Positions 44,199-56,893 of a stretch of DNA of 64,000 nt are shown here, one piece after another. Below the pieces are notes generated by a model. It was not told the origin of the DNA. It did no database searches and saw nothing but the letters and a program-made list of their open reading frames with translations. The translations under genes were made by a program, and so were the position numbers. Origin of the DNA: Dictyostelium discoideum (Eukaryota); contig CM000151.3 of the NCBI GenBank assembly GCA_000004695.1, positions 2,816,001 through 2,880,000 on the forward strand. Reading direction: 5' to 3'. Each line of letters opens with the position of its first letter. Positions within the stretch are counted from its first letter, which is position 1.

Positions 44199-44720
44199 AA
44201 AAAAAAGAGTAATAAAGATTTTTTAACAATTTTAATATTTTTTATTATTATTATTATTTTTTTTTTTTTTAATAATATTTAAAAGTTAATGGATGTTTTA
44301 GGAGTTGATGAAAATACAATAAATTGTGCAGCATCAGAAGAGAGTGAACATAAAGAGAATAAAATCAAATTAAAAAGAGAGAATTCAATTACAACAAATA
44401 AAAGATCATTACAAAAAGCACTTTCAAAAATGGGTATAGATGCATCATCTGTAAAATTAACAAGAACCTTGGGTGTCCCTAAAAATGAGCTACCAAATCC
44501 ATCAAACAAAGATACTACCTTCAAATCTTCATCATTACAATTTTTATTTTTTATAGCAGTTGGTATACTTTTAATTGCATTGGCTTTTATTTTAAAACAA
44601 AGAGGAAATATAATGAATTTTAAAAATATTATGCAACAACAACTACAACAACAACAACCATCTCATACTCAATTTAATACAAATCAACATCATCACCACC
44701 ATCATCATTTTGATAATTAA
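43896..44720 (+). CDS. Tail-anchored hypothetical membrane protein (about 220 aa) with repeated 'LG(I/V)' motifs and a single C-terminal TM helix, ending in a poly-His run; 2 exons: 43896..44123, 44286..44720
   Basis: Exon 1 is MSPRPESIKKVMDVLGDFNPSEDKIKKTLGIDEDEMRMINEEKNTVISPAKDRIPINRKLTKKAQDTLGINLSKEK|GTAAAT. The acceptor aaaag at 44285 is phase 0, continuing LMDVLGVDENT...ALSKMGIDASSVKLTRTLGVPKNELPNPSNKDTTFKSSSLQFLFFIAVGILLIALAFILKQRG... HHHHHHHFDN*. Confidence 0.5.
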
Positions 44721-45363
44721 AATTTTAATTTAATCCTTTTCCTTCTCCCTCCCTTCCTTTTTTTTTTTTTCTAGTTCCTTTTTATTAAAATTATTGATTT
44801 TATATAATAATATTAATTAATAATTAATAATATAATTAATAACAATAACAACAAAACAATAGTAATAATAATAATAACCAAACAACACATTTTAACAATC
44901 AATGGTTTCAAACCAATTGTATCATTTTCAGACCTAATTGTATATATTTTTTATAGAAGACCTAATTGTATAATTTTCTTTTTTTTTTTTTTTTCTTTTT
45001 TTTTTTTTGATTTAAAAAATAAAATAAATAAAACACTAAATATTTCCATAACGATAAGAATTTTTTTTTTTTTTTTTTTTTTTTAATTTATTAATAATAA
45101 GATTTAATTTATTTTATTCTAAATAATTTTTTTAAATTGTTTGAAATATCTAAAATAAAATAGATTTGTAATTGGAAAGTTTTAGAATTAATGTTGGAAT
45201 TAATCTTCCAAATAAACTAAAATTATAACTTTTTTTTTCTTTTTTCTTAATTCATTTAAATTTAAAGATTCACATACACAACAGAATAGGTTTAGGAGAC
45301 ATATATACAAAATTTTATTTTATTATTATTTATTATATTTTTTTTTCTAAAAGTTATTAAATT

Positions 45364-45442
45364 TTATTGTTCTTTATAATCGGAGATACCATCACTGTAA
45401 ATACCAAAAGGCTAAATAATAAAATAAAAAGTTAGTGAATTG

Positions 45443-45482
<40 letters not shown>

Positions 45483-46597
45483 ATTATTATTATTTTAAAA
45501 AAATTATTTACCTTTTCACTTTCAGGAAGTGATGGAGAATCATAAATTTTACAAATTCTCATTTCACCTTTACCTTTACGTAAAGATAAACGAGTTGTTG
45601 AAGAGTGGGCCATAATATGACCACCAATTGGCTTCTTTGGATCGGGATTAAACATACCACCAGCACCATCAACAGATGCAACGACTTGATTTGTAATAAC
45701 GACGGCAACACCAAACTCATCGGCTAATCTTTGAAGAGTACGTAGGAAACGTGCTAAATGTTTTTGTCTATCTGCCAACTCACCTCTACCGGCGTAATCT
45801 GTTCTATATAATGCGGTTGCGGAATCAACAATCAATAAAGCATAACGTGATTCACTCATCATTGCAGATGCTTGAACTAATAACTCTAATTGATGATCAC
45901 TATTGTATGCACGAGCATATGAAACATTATCCAAAACATGTTCACCATTTAAATTATATCTCTCTGCAATTGCTAACAATCTCTCTGGACGGAATGTTCC
46001 TTCTGTATCAATATATAAAGCACGACCTTCACCACCACCTTGACTATAACCAAGTTGACATGTTACACATAATGTATGACAAATTTGAGTTTTGCCAGTT
46101 CTAAACTATAAAAAAAAAAAAAGAGTTATTATTATTATTAATTATTTTTTGAGTTATTATTATTATTATTAAAAAAAACATACTTCACCAAAAATTTCAG
46201 TAATTGAACCAGATTCAATACCACCATCTAATAAAGAATCAAATTCTTTTGAACCAGTTGTAATTTGAATAATTTCAGCTCTTGCTTTATTAATATCGGT
46301 TGCAGTACGAAAGCCCATAAAAACTAATTTCTTTGCTTCTGCTAAAAGTTTATCAGCTTTTTGCTCAGAGATACCTTTGATACCTGTTAATGTTTTCTTT
46401 GTTGTAAAAGCAACTGCTTGTACTGTATTTAAACCTTGTTCTTGAAGTTTCTTTAAATCTGCTGCATTAATACCATTACCTTCTAATTTATTAATTGATA
46501 AATATGACTCTTCCTCCTCTTCTTCTTCTTCCTCTTCTTGTTGTTGTTCATTTTCAATATCAACTTCTTCTTCTTCTTGTCTTTGTCTTGATGCCAT
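45364..46597 (-). CDS. rad51: DNA repair/recombination protein Rad51 (RecA-family ATPase); 3 exons: 46184..46597, 45512..46105, 45364..45411
   Basis: '[27 protein letters not shown]|[18 protein letters not shown]...[22 protein letters not shown]...[64 protein letters not shown]...[13 protein letters not shown]|[15 protein letters not shown]'. Walker A (GEFRTGKTQ) is split by intron 1 (GTATGT...atag). Intron 2 is GTAAAT...tatttag. Closer to Rad51 than Dmc1 across the L1/L2 region. About 351 aa. Confidence 0.9.
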
Positions 46598-46844
46598 TTT
46601 AATTTATATATTTATTTAATTTATTTAATTTATTTTTTTAATTTACAAACTATTATTATTATTATTAGATTATGATATATTACTGCTTTAAATGTTGAAT
46701 GAAAATAAAAAAAAAATTTAAATGTAAAAAAAAAAATTTAAATGTAAAAAAAAAAATTTTAAAAAAAAAAAATAAAAATAAAAAATTTCATTTTTTCTTA
46801 GAAATTTTGGAATATCTTTAAAAACTGTGTTTTTAATAAAAAAA

Positions 46845-46889
<45 letters not shown>

Positions 46890-47137
46890 ATTTTTAGTAA
46901 GGGTGGTTGGATTTGTCGCCTTTTTTTTTTTTACTTTTATTTTTTTATTTTTTGTGCTGCTCCCCTTAATTTTTAGATAAATTCTAAGTATGCCAATTGA
47001 TAAAAATAAAATAAAATGAGAAATACAATAAAATGAAATAAATAAAATGAGACAAAATTAAATTAATTAAATAAAATAAAAATAAAATAATATAATAATT
47101 TATGTACACATTTATATAATTATATACTAAAATTTAT

Positions 47138-47343
47138 TTAGGATTTAAATATGTTAATGACTCTTGTTATTCTACTTCTACAAATTGGGCACTTTTTTAA
47201 TTTTACTGAACATAATGAACAACAACTTAAATGACCACATTCTAAAAAAACAGTATTAATTTCGTTATCCATACAAACTGTACAAAGATCTTTTGATTCA
47301 TCAGACCCATTATTATTATTATTCCTTTTAGTTGTGCTACTAC

Positions 47344-47408
<65 letters not shown>

Positions 47409-47469
47409 CTACTACCATTTGATGTAGTTTGATGTGTTTCTTTAATGTTACAATTATTATTATTACTAC

Positions 47470-47550
<81 letters not shown>

Positions 47551-49002
47551 CATTTTCATCTTCAGAATTTAAAAATGTTGGTAAATTATCAAAATTTTCA
47601 TCTGAAACTCTTTCTTTTTCTTTTTCTTTATCTTTACCTTTTTCTTTTTCTTTTTCTTTTTTATCTTTATCATTTTTAAAAGATGATTTTCTAGATTTGG
47701 TTGGTGATTTATTTGTATCACTACTATTACTCGAATCAATAGTGAAAAATGAACTTGGTGATGTTGAAAATGTATTTATATTATTATTATTATTATTTTG
47801 ATTATTATTTTGATTATTATTATTTTCATCAGGTAAAATTAAAATTGGATTATTATTAATTATTGATAATGGTGGTAATAAATCATTATCTAAAGGACCA
47901 ATTGGATATTTTAATTTTGAAGAAAAAGATAAAATAAAAGATAAAATACTTTTAAAAATATCGGGTGGTTTTTGAAGTGTTAAACCACCATTGATTGAAG
48001 AAGTCACTGGATAGAGTAAACAATGTCTAATATGATTTGTAGAATCAACAAAAGTGATAGCGAATGCACCAACAATAGTTTTACTACAACGTAATAAATA
48101 ATAACCAACTTGTTGTCTCGATAACAATTGTGTTGCCTCTATACCAGATATGAAACCACTGAATATCTTTGAGTTTATAACATCTTGAAATATACCAAGT
48201 GATACAGGTAATGCTCCAAACCATTTTATAAATACTGATAGCTTGAATGGTGTAACATAACCATCCCGGGTGAAATCTAATGTATATCTTAAACTTGATT
48301 CATAAGCTAATATCTCCTTATTGAAAAACTTTTGAAATCCTTTAAAAAATATTGACCATGGCACAAATGTTATTTTATTTCCACCAAATTGATTCCACAA
48401 TACTTTTGCTTCATTACTTAATAATTCATATGGATTATAATTATTATTATTATTATTATTATTTTCATTATTCAATGATGACGATGATGGTGGAAATAAT
48501 GCTAATAATTGGTCAATTGATTGTTTTAAAATTGAATCAACTTTTAAAAGATTATTTATAATTAAATTTGAAGTAAAAGAATTTGTTGAATTGATTGTTG
48601 TGTTAAAGGTGATTGTGGTTGGAGGTGATGAAAGTTTTAATAAAAGTTGTTGAAATTGAATTAAATCTTGATAAAGTTTACATATTGAAAATATAAATGA
48701 TTCAATACCATATTCAATGATTTTAATTTCACTACAAATTATTTTTGAATCTGATAGATTGAAATTGATTTTATTTTCATTTTCATAATGAATATAATTA
48801 ACTAATGATGTTTTTGTAAATTGTATTGTATTATTTAATTCTGAAAATTCTTGATCATTTAAAACCGTTTTTGATTTAAAATTATTTAAATCTTTAATAA
48901 TTTTATCAATAATTGTAATTAATTCACTTATATTATTTTTATATGATATTGTTGTTATTGTAGTTGTTGTAGTTGTTGTGGTTGTACCATTATTGTTACT
49001 AT

Positions 49003-49033
<31 letters not shown>

Positions 49034-49135
49034 GTTATTATTATTATTATTAATGTTGTTATTGTGAGCTAGTAAAGGAATACTTAAAAATGAAGGAGCA
49101 TTTGATTTATTACTTGTTATTGTGGCTCTATTCAT
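47138..49135 (-). CDS. cblA: Cbl-like E3 ubiquitin ligase: TKB-type region (4-helix/EF-hand-like/variant SH2) followed by a long low-complexity linker and a C-terminal C3HC4 RING finger (candidate cblA)
   Basis: Aligns to human c-Cbl TKB: 'AKVLWNQFGGNKITFVPW' ~ 'KALWFKNSGEKTLISWKEF'; 'TLDFTRDGYVTPFKLSVFIKWFGALPVSL' ~ '[29 protein letters not shown]'; 'GYYLLRCSKTIVGAFAITFV' ~ '[20 protein letters not shown]'. C-terminal RING 'CTVCMDNEINTVFLECGHLSCCSLCSVKLKKCPICRSRI'. The start was chosen at MNRATITSNK (49135). The upstream Lys-rich extension of the track ORF is a translated poly(T) 5' region. Confidence 0.7.
47343..47553 (-). repeat. Two (AAT)n blocks on the coding strand (plus-strand ATT) encoding poly-Asn within the Cbl-like linker
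   Basis: Plus strand 'attattatt...' 47343..47400 and 47463..47553. Confidence 0.9.
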
Positions 49136-49484
49136 TTTTTTTTTTTCTTTTTTTGTTTTTTTTTTGTTTTTTTTTTGTTTTTTTTTTTTTTGTTTTTTTT
49201 TTTTTGTTTTTTTTTTTGTTTTTTTTTTTGTTTTTTTTGATTTAAAAATTAATTCATGGTACAAAAATAAATGAACAAATAAATAAATAATAAATAATAA
49301 CTACAACCCAACACAAAGAAGAAGAAAAAAAAAAAAAAAAAGAAAAAAATTTTCTGTGTAATTTGATAATAAAAAAAAAAACTTTTTTTTAGAATTGGTC
49401 AATTTGGTGTTACGCACACTTTTTTTGATTTGAAAATTAATCAGCTAAAAAAAATTCAAAAAAATTTCTGATTGTTTGCTTAAT

Positions 49485-49521
<37 letters not shown>

Positions 49522-50317
49522 TTTTAATTTTTTTTTTTTTTTTTAACATTTTAAATTTTTTTTTTTTTTTTTTTTTTTGGACTGGTATAAAAAAATTTTC
49601 ACTTTTTAACCAAAATAATAAAAGTTGGCAAAGCTAATTAAATAAAATACCAGCAAACAAAACCCTTCCAATCCATTTTATTTCTCTTTCTTAAAAAATT
49701 TCATTTTCTAAACAGATATTTTTCAAAAATGACAAACCCCAAAAAATATCTTTATTTATTTTTTTTTTTGTTTAAAAAAAAACATTTTAAGTGAAAAATA
49801 AACCAGGGTTATGTTTTTTACACAAATAATATATTTTCATTTTTCTATTTTTATTTTTATTTTTTTTTATTTTAAACTTTAATAATCTCATGTTGAAGAA
49901 TCAATTGATTCAAGGAAATAAATTAACAAAAACCACCAATATTTTTTATTCTATGTTTTTTTTTTTTTTTTTAAAAGTACAATTTGTTTATTATATTATT
50001 TATTTATTTTGAGGTTACATATAATCTCATGATAAAAGAATCAGTGCCATCTGGAAATTCAATTGAAGAAGCATTAACAAAACCTAAAGGGTAAGCTTTC
50101 TTTACACAATCAATAGTTAAATACTTTGTCCAATTAATTGCTTTAACTATTTTAGTTTGATCAGCTGTATTTGGTGATAATGAAATAACTAATGAATCTT
50201 CATTTGAACCTGGAATTGATTGTGCAATAGTTTGTTTTAATTGTTTAATTGTTAATGATTCTTGAAAAAATACTTTTACAATACCACCATTTGGTAATTT
50301 TATCTAAACAATTTTTA

Positions 50318-50388
50318 TTTTATTTTATTTTATTTTATTTTATTTTATTTTATTTTATTTTATTTTATTTTATTTTATTTTATCAAAA

Positions 50389-50389
<1 letters not shown>
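50318..50389 (+). repeat. (ATTTT)n pentanucleotide microsatellite, about 14 units
   Basis: 'attttattttatttt...' then a poly(A) run. Intergenic, downstream of the Psi-like gene. Confidence 0.9.
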
Positions 50390-50422
<33 letters not shown>

Positions 50423-50566
50423 AATTATAATTATAATAAAAAAATTAGAAAACAATTATTTTTTTTAAATAGTTATTTATATTATGTAATAAAATTACAC
50501 ATACAATACAATTGTAATCGGCCATTTATTTGTTTATTTATTTTTGAGAAACTGTATTTTGTTTTT

Positions 50567-50601
<35 letters not shown>

Positions 50602-50811
50602 ATTTTTTTTTTTTTTTTGATTTTTTTTTTTTTTTTTATGACTTTTTATTTTTAAACCCATTTCTTTCAAAGAAAAAAAAACTCAGCAAGGGCTTTTTAT
50701 AATAAATTAAAAAATAACAAAACTTTTTATTTCAATATTTTTAGATAGTTTTATTTTTATTTAAATTAAAATTTAATTGTTTTTTTTTTTTTTTTATTTT
50801 TTTTTTTTTTT

Positions 50812-52857
50812 TTAAGAATTTGGTTGATACATTGGATTATCACCATTTCCAGTTGGATTTTCATATAAAGGATTTGAAGTTAAAGATGCAAGAGAATTAT
50901 TATTTGAAGCAGCCCATGCATCATAACCTTTTTTAGAAGCAACTACAATAGCAATGGCAACTACAGCAGCAGCGACTGAAACACCAACAATAACAGAGGT
51001 TGATATGATTGCAGCGGGTTTACAAACAAAAGGTTTTGGATCAAAATCAACCGATTCACATCTTCCTGGTTCAGTTGAAGTAGCATTTATACAAACACCA
51101 GTTTCACATTTTGGATTTGAAGGTATACAAACTTTATCGAAAACAATACAACCAGTCACATCGGAACATTGAGAAATTTGACAAAATGAAGGTGAGTCAC
51201 AAATACGATCTTTTAATTTACATTCACCAGCATCACAATAACCAATTAGACAATTACCTTTGTTTGGACAAATTTTTGGTACACCAACACAGCCAATATC
51301 AGCATTACAAGTATAATCCATACATGGATTGGTGATATTACATGATAGAGGTGTGTGAATACAACTACCATTGTTCATACATTGATCAATGGTACATAAA
51401 TTACCATCATCACAATTGGATTCAATTGGAATACATTTTCCATTATTACATTTGGTACAACCAGAACATTCCATTGGAGTATGTTTAACACTACCAGTTA
51501 TTTTATCACAAATATCGATTGTACATGGATTACCATCATCAATGGTATCAATTGGTAGTGGGGAGCAAACTGGTGGATTTACACTTTGATCACAGTTATT
51601 CTTTTGACATGGGTTTAATTTACAATTACAATTACATTCTGTACTATTTTGAGTGTATGTACCACAAACACCTTTATCAGCGGAGCAAGTTGGAATAACA
51701 CATGGATTGGAGGAGGAAGGGGAAGTACATTTTGGAGTTGCCATACAACCACCATTCTTTGCATTACAACTATAAATTTTACATGGATCTTCACCCAATT
51801 CATTGGAACAATAATCAGCATCCATGCTGGTACATTTACCATTATTACATTCACCAGTTAAACATGGACCAATACAATTTGATTTATATTGACAACCAAG
51901 TTTTGGATCACAACCAGTTAGCGTCATACAATATTTAGATTTATCGGCACATTCTAAATTACCAATTACTTCACATTTACCATTGGTATCTTTTGAACAA
52001 CCAGTGATTACACATTTATTATTTGATGGTTGTGTACAAGTGATATTGGTATGTCTACAATATTTTGAAATTTTATCACCACCTGGAATTGGTAAATTTG
52101 GTAATGGACAACTATCAATGGTGCATGGATCATCGTCATCACAATCAAGGTCTTTATTACAACATGTTGAACCATCACCTTGACAAACACCACAATAATC
52201 AGACCATGCACAAAATGCTTGAATATCAGTTTGAATTTTCATTTTACTATAGGGTGTATGTCTTTCACAATAAAAGAAATCAAAGGAATAGGTTTTGTTA
52301 ACTTGTAAACCCAACTTTGTCAAATCAACAGTACCTCTTCTAGCAGGATGTAAACCACCTAAATCCAAGACCAACTTCTTATCAATAAATACCCAAACAT
52401 CATCATCACCTTCAAATTTAAAAGTTTCAGTACCTTGATAAAAGAATACTGAATTAATCTTTAAACAATAATGAAAGTTATGATAGGCTGTAAAAATTCT
52501 ACCACCATAATAGATTCTATTACTCTCATCAACATCCCAACCTTGATAATCAATTGGAAAGAAATCATCCTTTACAAATGAATAAATATTTGATGATTTA
52601 TCCAATGTTAAATTTAATTTCTTTAATAACATTACATTTTGTGTATGGTTTTTATTAAACCATGTTGGAAATAAATTTAAATTTTTTAATTTACCATTTA
52701 CAAATGGTTTAAAATTTGGATCATTTGATGCTAATGTTGGACTATCACCTTCCAATACATTTTTTATCATTCCAACTGAAATATCACCATAATCTGGTTC
52801 AAAATCACTATTTAATTTTGGTAATTGATCAAAAATTGAACAACTTAATAATAAAAA

Positions 52858-52897
<40 letters not shown>

Positions 52898-52911
52898 TTT
52901 ATTTGTTAATT

Positions 52912-52960
<49 letters not shown>

Positions 52961-53066
52961 ATTATTTAAAAATAATATACATACGACTTTTTGTTACTTC
53001 TGAACTAACAAAATTTAAATTTTTATTTAATGAAAATAATATTATTAATAATGTTAATATTATTTT

Positions 53067-53069
<3 letters not shown>
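50812..53069 (-). CDS. Secreted/type-I membrane protein with PA14-like N-terminal domain followed by many Cys-rich (Dicty_CTDC/EGF-like) repeats and a C-terminal TM segment (Psi-family-like); 2 exons: 52985..53069 (signal peptide), 50812..52859
   Basis: Exon 1 is MKIILTLLIILFSLNKNLNFVSSEVTKS plus C, with a GTATGT donor. The acceptor (a)nag is at 52860/61, phase 1. Exon 2 is ...FFPIDYQGWDVDESNRIYYGGRIFTAYHNFHYCLKINSVFFYQGTETFKFEGDDDVWVFIDKKLVLDLGGLHPARRGTVDLTKL (PA14-like), then about 400 aa of C-x-C repeats, a TM 'IISTSVIVGVSVAAAVVAIAIVVA' and a short cytoplasmic tail. The signal-exon assignment is the least certain part. Confidence 0.65.
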
Positions 53070-53100
<31 letters not shown>

Positions 53101-54212
53101 TTGTTAGTTTTATCCGTTTGTTTTATTTTTTTATTATTATAAATTAAAGTTGTAAAAAAAAAAAAAAAATAATTAAAAATGTTGCTTTTTTAAAAAAAAA
53201 AAAAAATTAAATTGGTTTAAAAAAATAGTTCGGTAATAATTTAATAAAAATAATTAAAATTACAATGAAATAATAATTTATTAATTTAAAAAACCAAAAA
53301 AAATAAAAAAAAATATTATCATTATTTATAAAAGTTTAATATTTTCATTTTTTTTTTTTATTTTTTTTTAAACCAATCCAATTCCTTTAATTTTTTGATA
53401 AATCAAATTTTATAAATAGTTTTAGATTGATTCCATTGGTTATCTCATTTTTTTTTTTTTTTTTTTTTTGCAACGAACATTTTATTGTAAAAAAATAATT
53501 ATTTTTAAAAATAAGTTGGATAAAAAAAAAAAAAAAAAAAAAATTAAAATCTGAAAAAATTAAATTTACCAAATTGAGTTATAAAAAAAAAAAAAATAAA
53601 AAATCTCCCACTTTAACTTTGAAAAGTTTTTTATTAATAAAACAATAAAATCAATGAATATTTTATAAAAATAGTTTGTGAAAAACATAAACTAATATGA
53701 TTTCATTTATTTTATTATTTTATTTTTTTTTATTTTATTATTTTTTTTTTATCCAGTATGACTCATGGTTTAGGTCGGTTGGGTCTTGTTTTTTTTTTTT
53801 TTTTTTTTTTTTGGGATTTTAAAATTATTTTTTTTTTTTTTTTGGTATCAACCAAAAAAACTTCATTACATATTAACCAAGATAAACAATGGTATAAAAT
53901 TAATTTTATATAAAAATATGAATAATTAATAAAATATTTTAAAATAATATGAAATATTTTCAAATAAATAAAAAAAAAAATAAAATAAAAGATAAAAATT
54001 AAAACAAAAAGAATGAGATATATATAAATAAGGAAATTTTTAGTGAAACAAGAAATTATGTGATTTTATTAATATTTTTAGAATATGAAAAACAGAACCC
54101 ATACCAAGAGGATTATTATTTTTTTTTTTTTCCTTTTTTGGATAAAAAAAAAATGAAAAGAGATTTTAATTAGGGAAAATCTCAGCATTTTAATTGGTTC
54201 AGTGTAATATTT

Positions 54213-54485
54213 TTATTTTTCTTTTTGGAGTATTGTTGGTGGAATTGATTGCTGTTGTTTAATTGAGTTTGAAGTTTCAATTATATTTGGATTAATAACA
54301 CGATTACCTTTTTCTAATAACTTTTCATGTTCTTCCATTTTTTTAATTAAATCTTTATGGCTACTATCAATTTCTAAGTGCCATGGATATAATACAGTAA
54401 TTTGAAAACCTAATGCACTAGTTGCAATCACCAAATTAACCAATGGTAAGTTTCTTGAGAAAATTGGGAACTTTGATAAAACCAT
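54213..54485 (-). CDS. Small (90 aa) hypothetical single-pass membrane protein
   Basis: ATG-initiated ORF MVLSKFPIFSRNLPLVNLVIATSALGFQITVLYPWHLEIDSSHKDLIKKMEEHEKLLEKGNRVINP... with one hydrophobic helix and a non-repetitive composition. No homology recognised. Confidence 0.3.
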   Translation of the reverse strand: MVLSKFPIFSRNLPLVNLVIATSALGFQITVLYPWHLEIDSSHKDLIKKMEEHEKLLEKGNRVINPNIIETSNSIKQQQSIPPTILQKEK

Positions 54486-54798
54486 TCTTTTAAATTAATA
54501 TTATAATATTTAGTTTTTTTTTTTTTTTTTTTTGGGGAGGGGGAGGGAAAAGAGAAGGGGATATAAACAAATAAATAAATTTCTTTTTAAATAATTTTTA
54601 ATATAAAAATTTTTTAAAATAATAAAAATAATAATTAAATAATAAATTTGTGAAAATTGATTAAAAAAAAAAAGGATTTTATAATTTACGTCTTTTTCTA
54701 TTCATATTATAAATAAATTTATTAAAATATTATATTTATTAAATTTATTTATTTATATATTTAATTGGTTTTATAGTGATTGCACTTTTTTTTAAATG

Positions 54799-54829
<31 letters not shown>

Positions 54830-55172
54830 AATATGTGATGATAATGATGTGGTTAAAAAAAAAAAAAAAAAAAAATAAAATAAAAAAATTATTATTAGGA
54901 ACCCACTTATCTTCTTTTACTGTTCTTTATGAAAAAAAAAAAAAAAAAAAAAAGAAATCCAATTTTATTTTTTTTTTATTTTTTTTTTAATTTTAATTTT
55001 TGATATTGATTGGATTGGAAAATTAAATGAAATTTTTATAACTTTCTGACCATTTTACAATGGTGGGAAAGTATTTATTGTATATTAAAAGAATATTTTT
55101 TTTTTTTTTTTATTTTTTTTTTATTTTTTATTTTTTATTTTTTTTTTAAAGTTAATATTAAATTAAATTAAA

Positions 55173-56411
55173 TTATTGTGGAATTTGACATAATGGGATA
55201 CCATTTAACCATTCAACATTACCATCACAATGAGTACAATCTAAACCACTGAAATTATTAACACATCCACAAGTACCATTACAAGTGAAATATGGAGTTG
55301 GACCACAATCAACACTTGTGAAACATTGAGCAGGGATACCACCTTCACCTAATGGAGTACAAGTTGGAATACCATTATACCATAAGGTTTTACCTTTACA
55401 AACACCATCAATTGATTGGAAACCAACAGCAGCTTGACATTGATGATTGGAAGTTGGTGTATAAATAGTTTTACCATTTTTACCATCAATACCAATTGAT
55501 TTAACAATACCATCTTTAGTTGTATAATAAATGACACCACCCTTTGAAACCATTGAAATTACATTTTCACCAGTGATTAATTTAATGGCTTGATTAGAGT
55601 TAGCAGATTTTGAATAAGCAGTTATACCATTTGAATGAGAGAATACAATTAAATCACCCTCGACTAAGAAATCAGTTAAATGACTTGCATCAGTATCACT
55701 ACCAATTTCAATCAATTGATCTTTTGTACAATTTGAACAATCAGCTTTACCTTTTAAGAATTTACCATCATAAGTTGACATATATAAATCATTACCATCT
55801 TTTGCTAAACCATTAACAATTTGTGATTGATAAATTAATGTTGCATCTTGAGCATCACTTCTTTGTGTTGGTAATTTATTTAATTTATAAATACCATAAG
55901 CACCATAGATCATTGATTTTTCAATATCATCAAAAATTGGAACGAATGGTGTATTGAAAATATTGAAAACATATTTAACTTTATCACCACCATTATTTGC
56001 ATCTATAAGTGAGAAAATTGGTGCTGATCCACCTTGATTCATTAATACATAATAATAATTTGATTGGGGTAAATAATCATAGAATGAATAAAGTTTGAAT
56101 GATCCTGCACCACTTTCAATTTCACCATTGATATTAATTCTTTGAGAAATTTCATTACTTCCATTACCTGAAGTTGGAATATTAAACATTTTTGGTGTAC
56201 CAAATGGACCACCTTGTGAACTATTAAATTTACCTGCAATAATTAAATTATCATTCCCATCCATACTAATACCTGGATAAACATTTAAACCACCATTACA
56301 TGCTGCATATGGATATCCAACACCACATTCATAATCTTCATTACATTGATTACTTGATAATACTGCACCAACAATTGAAAATGCAATAATTAATGATTTT
56401 AAAATTTTCAT
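55173..56411 (-). CDS. Secreted protein with signal peptide and C-terminal EGF-like Cys-rich module; hypothetical
   Basis: Signal peptide MKILKSLIIAFSIVGAVLSS. Intronless 412-aa ORF. C-terminal 'CFTSVDCGPTPYFTCNGTCGCVNNFSGLDCTHCDG' has EGF-like spacing. Confidence 0.65.
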   Translation of the reverse strand: MKILKSLIIAFSIVGAVLSSNQCNEDYECGVGYPYAACNGGLNVYPGISMDGNDNLIIAGKFNSSQGGPFGTPKMFNIPTSGNGSNEISQRININGEIESGAGSFKLYSFYDYLPQSNYYYVLMNQGGSAPIFSLIDANNGGDKVKYVFNIFNTPFVPIFDDIEKSMIYGAYGIYKLNKLPTQRSDAQDATLIYQSQIVNGLAKDGNDLYMSTYDGKFLKGKADCSNCTKDQLIEIGSDTDASHLTDFLVEGDLIVFSHSNGITAYSKSANSNQAIKLITGENVISMVSKGGVIYYTTKDGIVKSIGIDGKNGKTIYTPTSNHQCQAAVGFQSIDGVCKGKTLWYNGIPTCTPLGEGGIPAQCFTSVDCGPTPYFTCNGTCGCVNNFSGLDCTHCDGNVEWLNGIPLCQIPQ

Positions 56412-56566
56412 TTTTTTTTTTTTTTTTTTTTTTAAACAATTTTTTTTTTTTTTTATTCTTATTATAATAAATGAATATATAATTAATGAATAAATAAATA
56501 AATAAATAAATAAATTAAATAGTATAATTTTTTAAAAAAAAAAAAATATTTACAATTTAAATACTA

Positions 56567-56597
<31 letters not shown>

Positions 56598-56859
56598 TTA
56601 AAATAAATTAATATTCATGGTTGGCAATAGTATAATAATCTTGTGTATATAATTTCAACTATAAAAAGTGACATTAATTAACCCCACTCTAAAAATAGAA
56701 AAATAAATATTAAAAAAAAAAAATAAAATAAAATTAAAAATAAAAAAAAAAAAAAAAAATTAAAACTAATATACTATCGTACTTTAATATTTTAATTAAA
56801 AAAATTATTTTCTTTTATTTTTAATTTATTAATTTGTATCAATTTGATTTTACATAAAT

Positions 56860-56888
<29 letters not shown>

Positions 56889-56893
<5 letters not shown>

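Noticed and set aside
45751-46104. Plus-strand 117-aa ORF overlapping rad51. Similar plus-strand ORFs occur at 50954..52301 over the Psi-like gene and at 60171..60888 over importin-alpha.
   Set aside because: Antisense to strongly supported conserved CDSs. They have no start context and a His/Tyr-rich antisense-codon composition.
49136-49264. Lys-rich N-terminal extension of the Cbl-like track ORF (MYHELIFKSKKTKKKTKKK...).
   Set aside because: It is a translation of the poly(T)/G 5' leader ('tttttttttgtttttttt'). The first plausible ATG in good context is MNRATITSNK at 49135.
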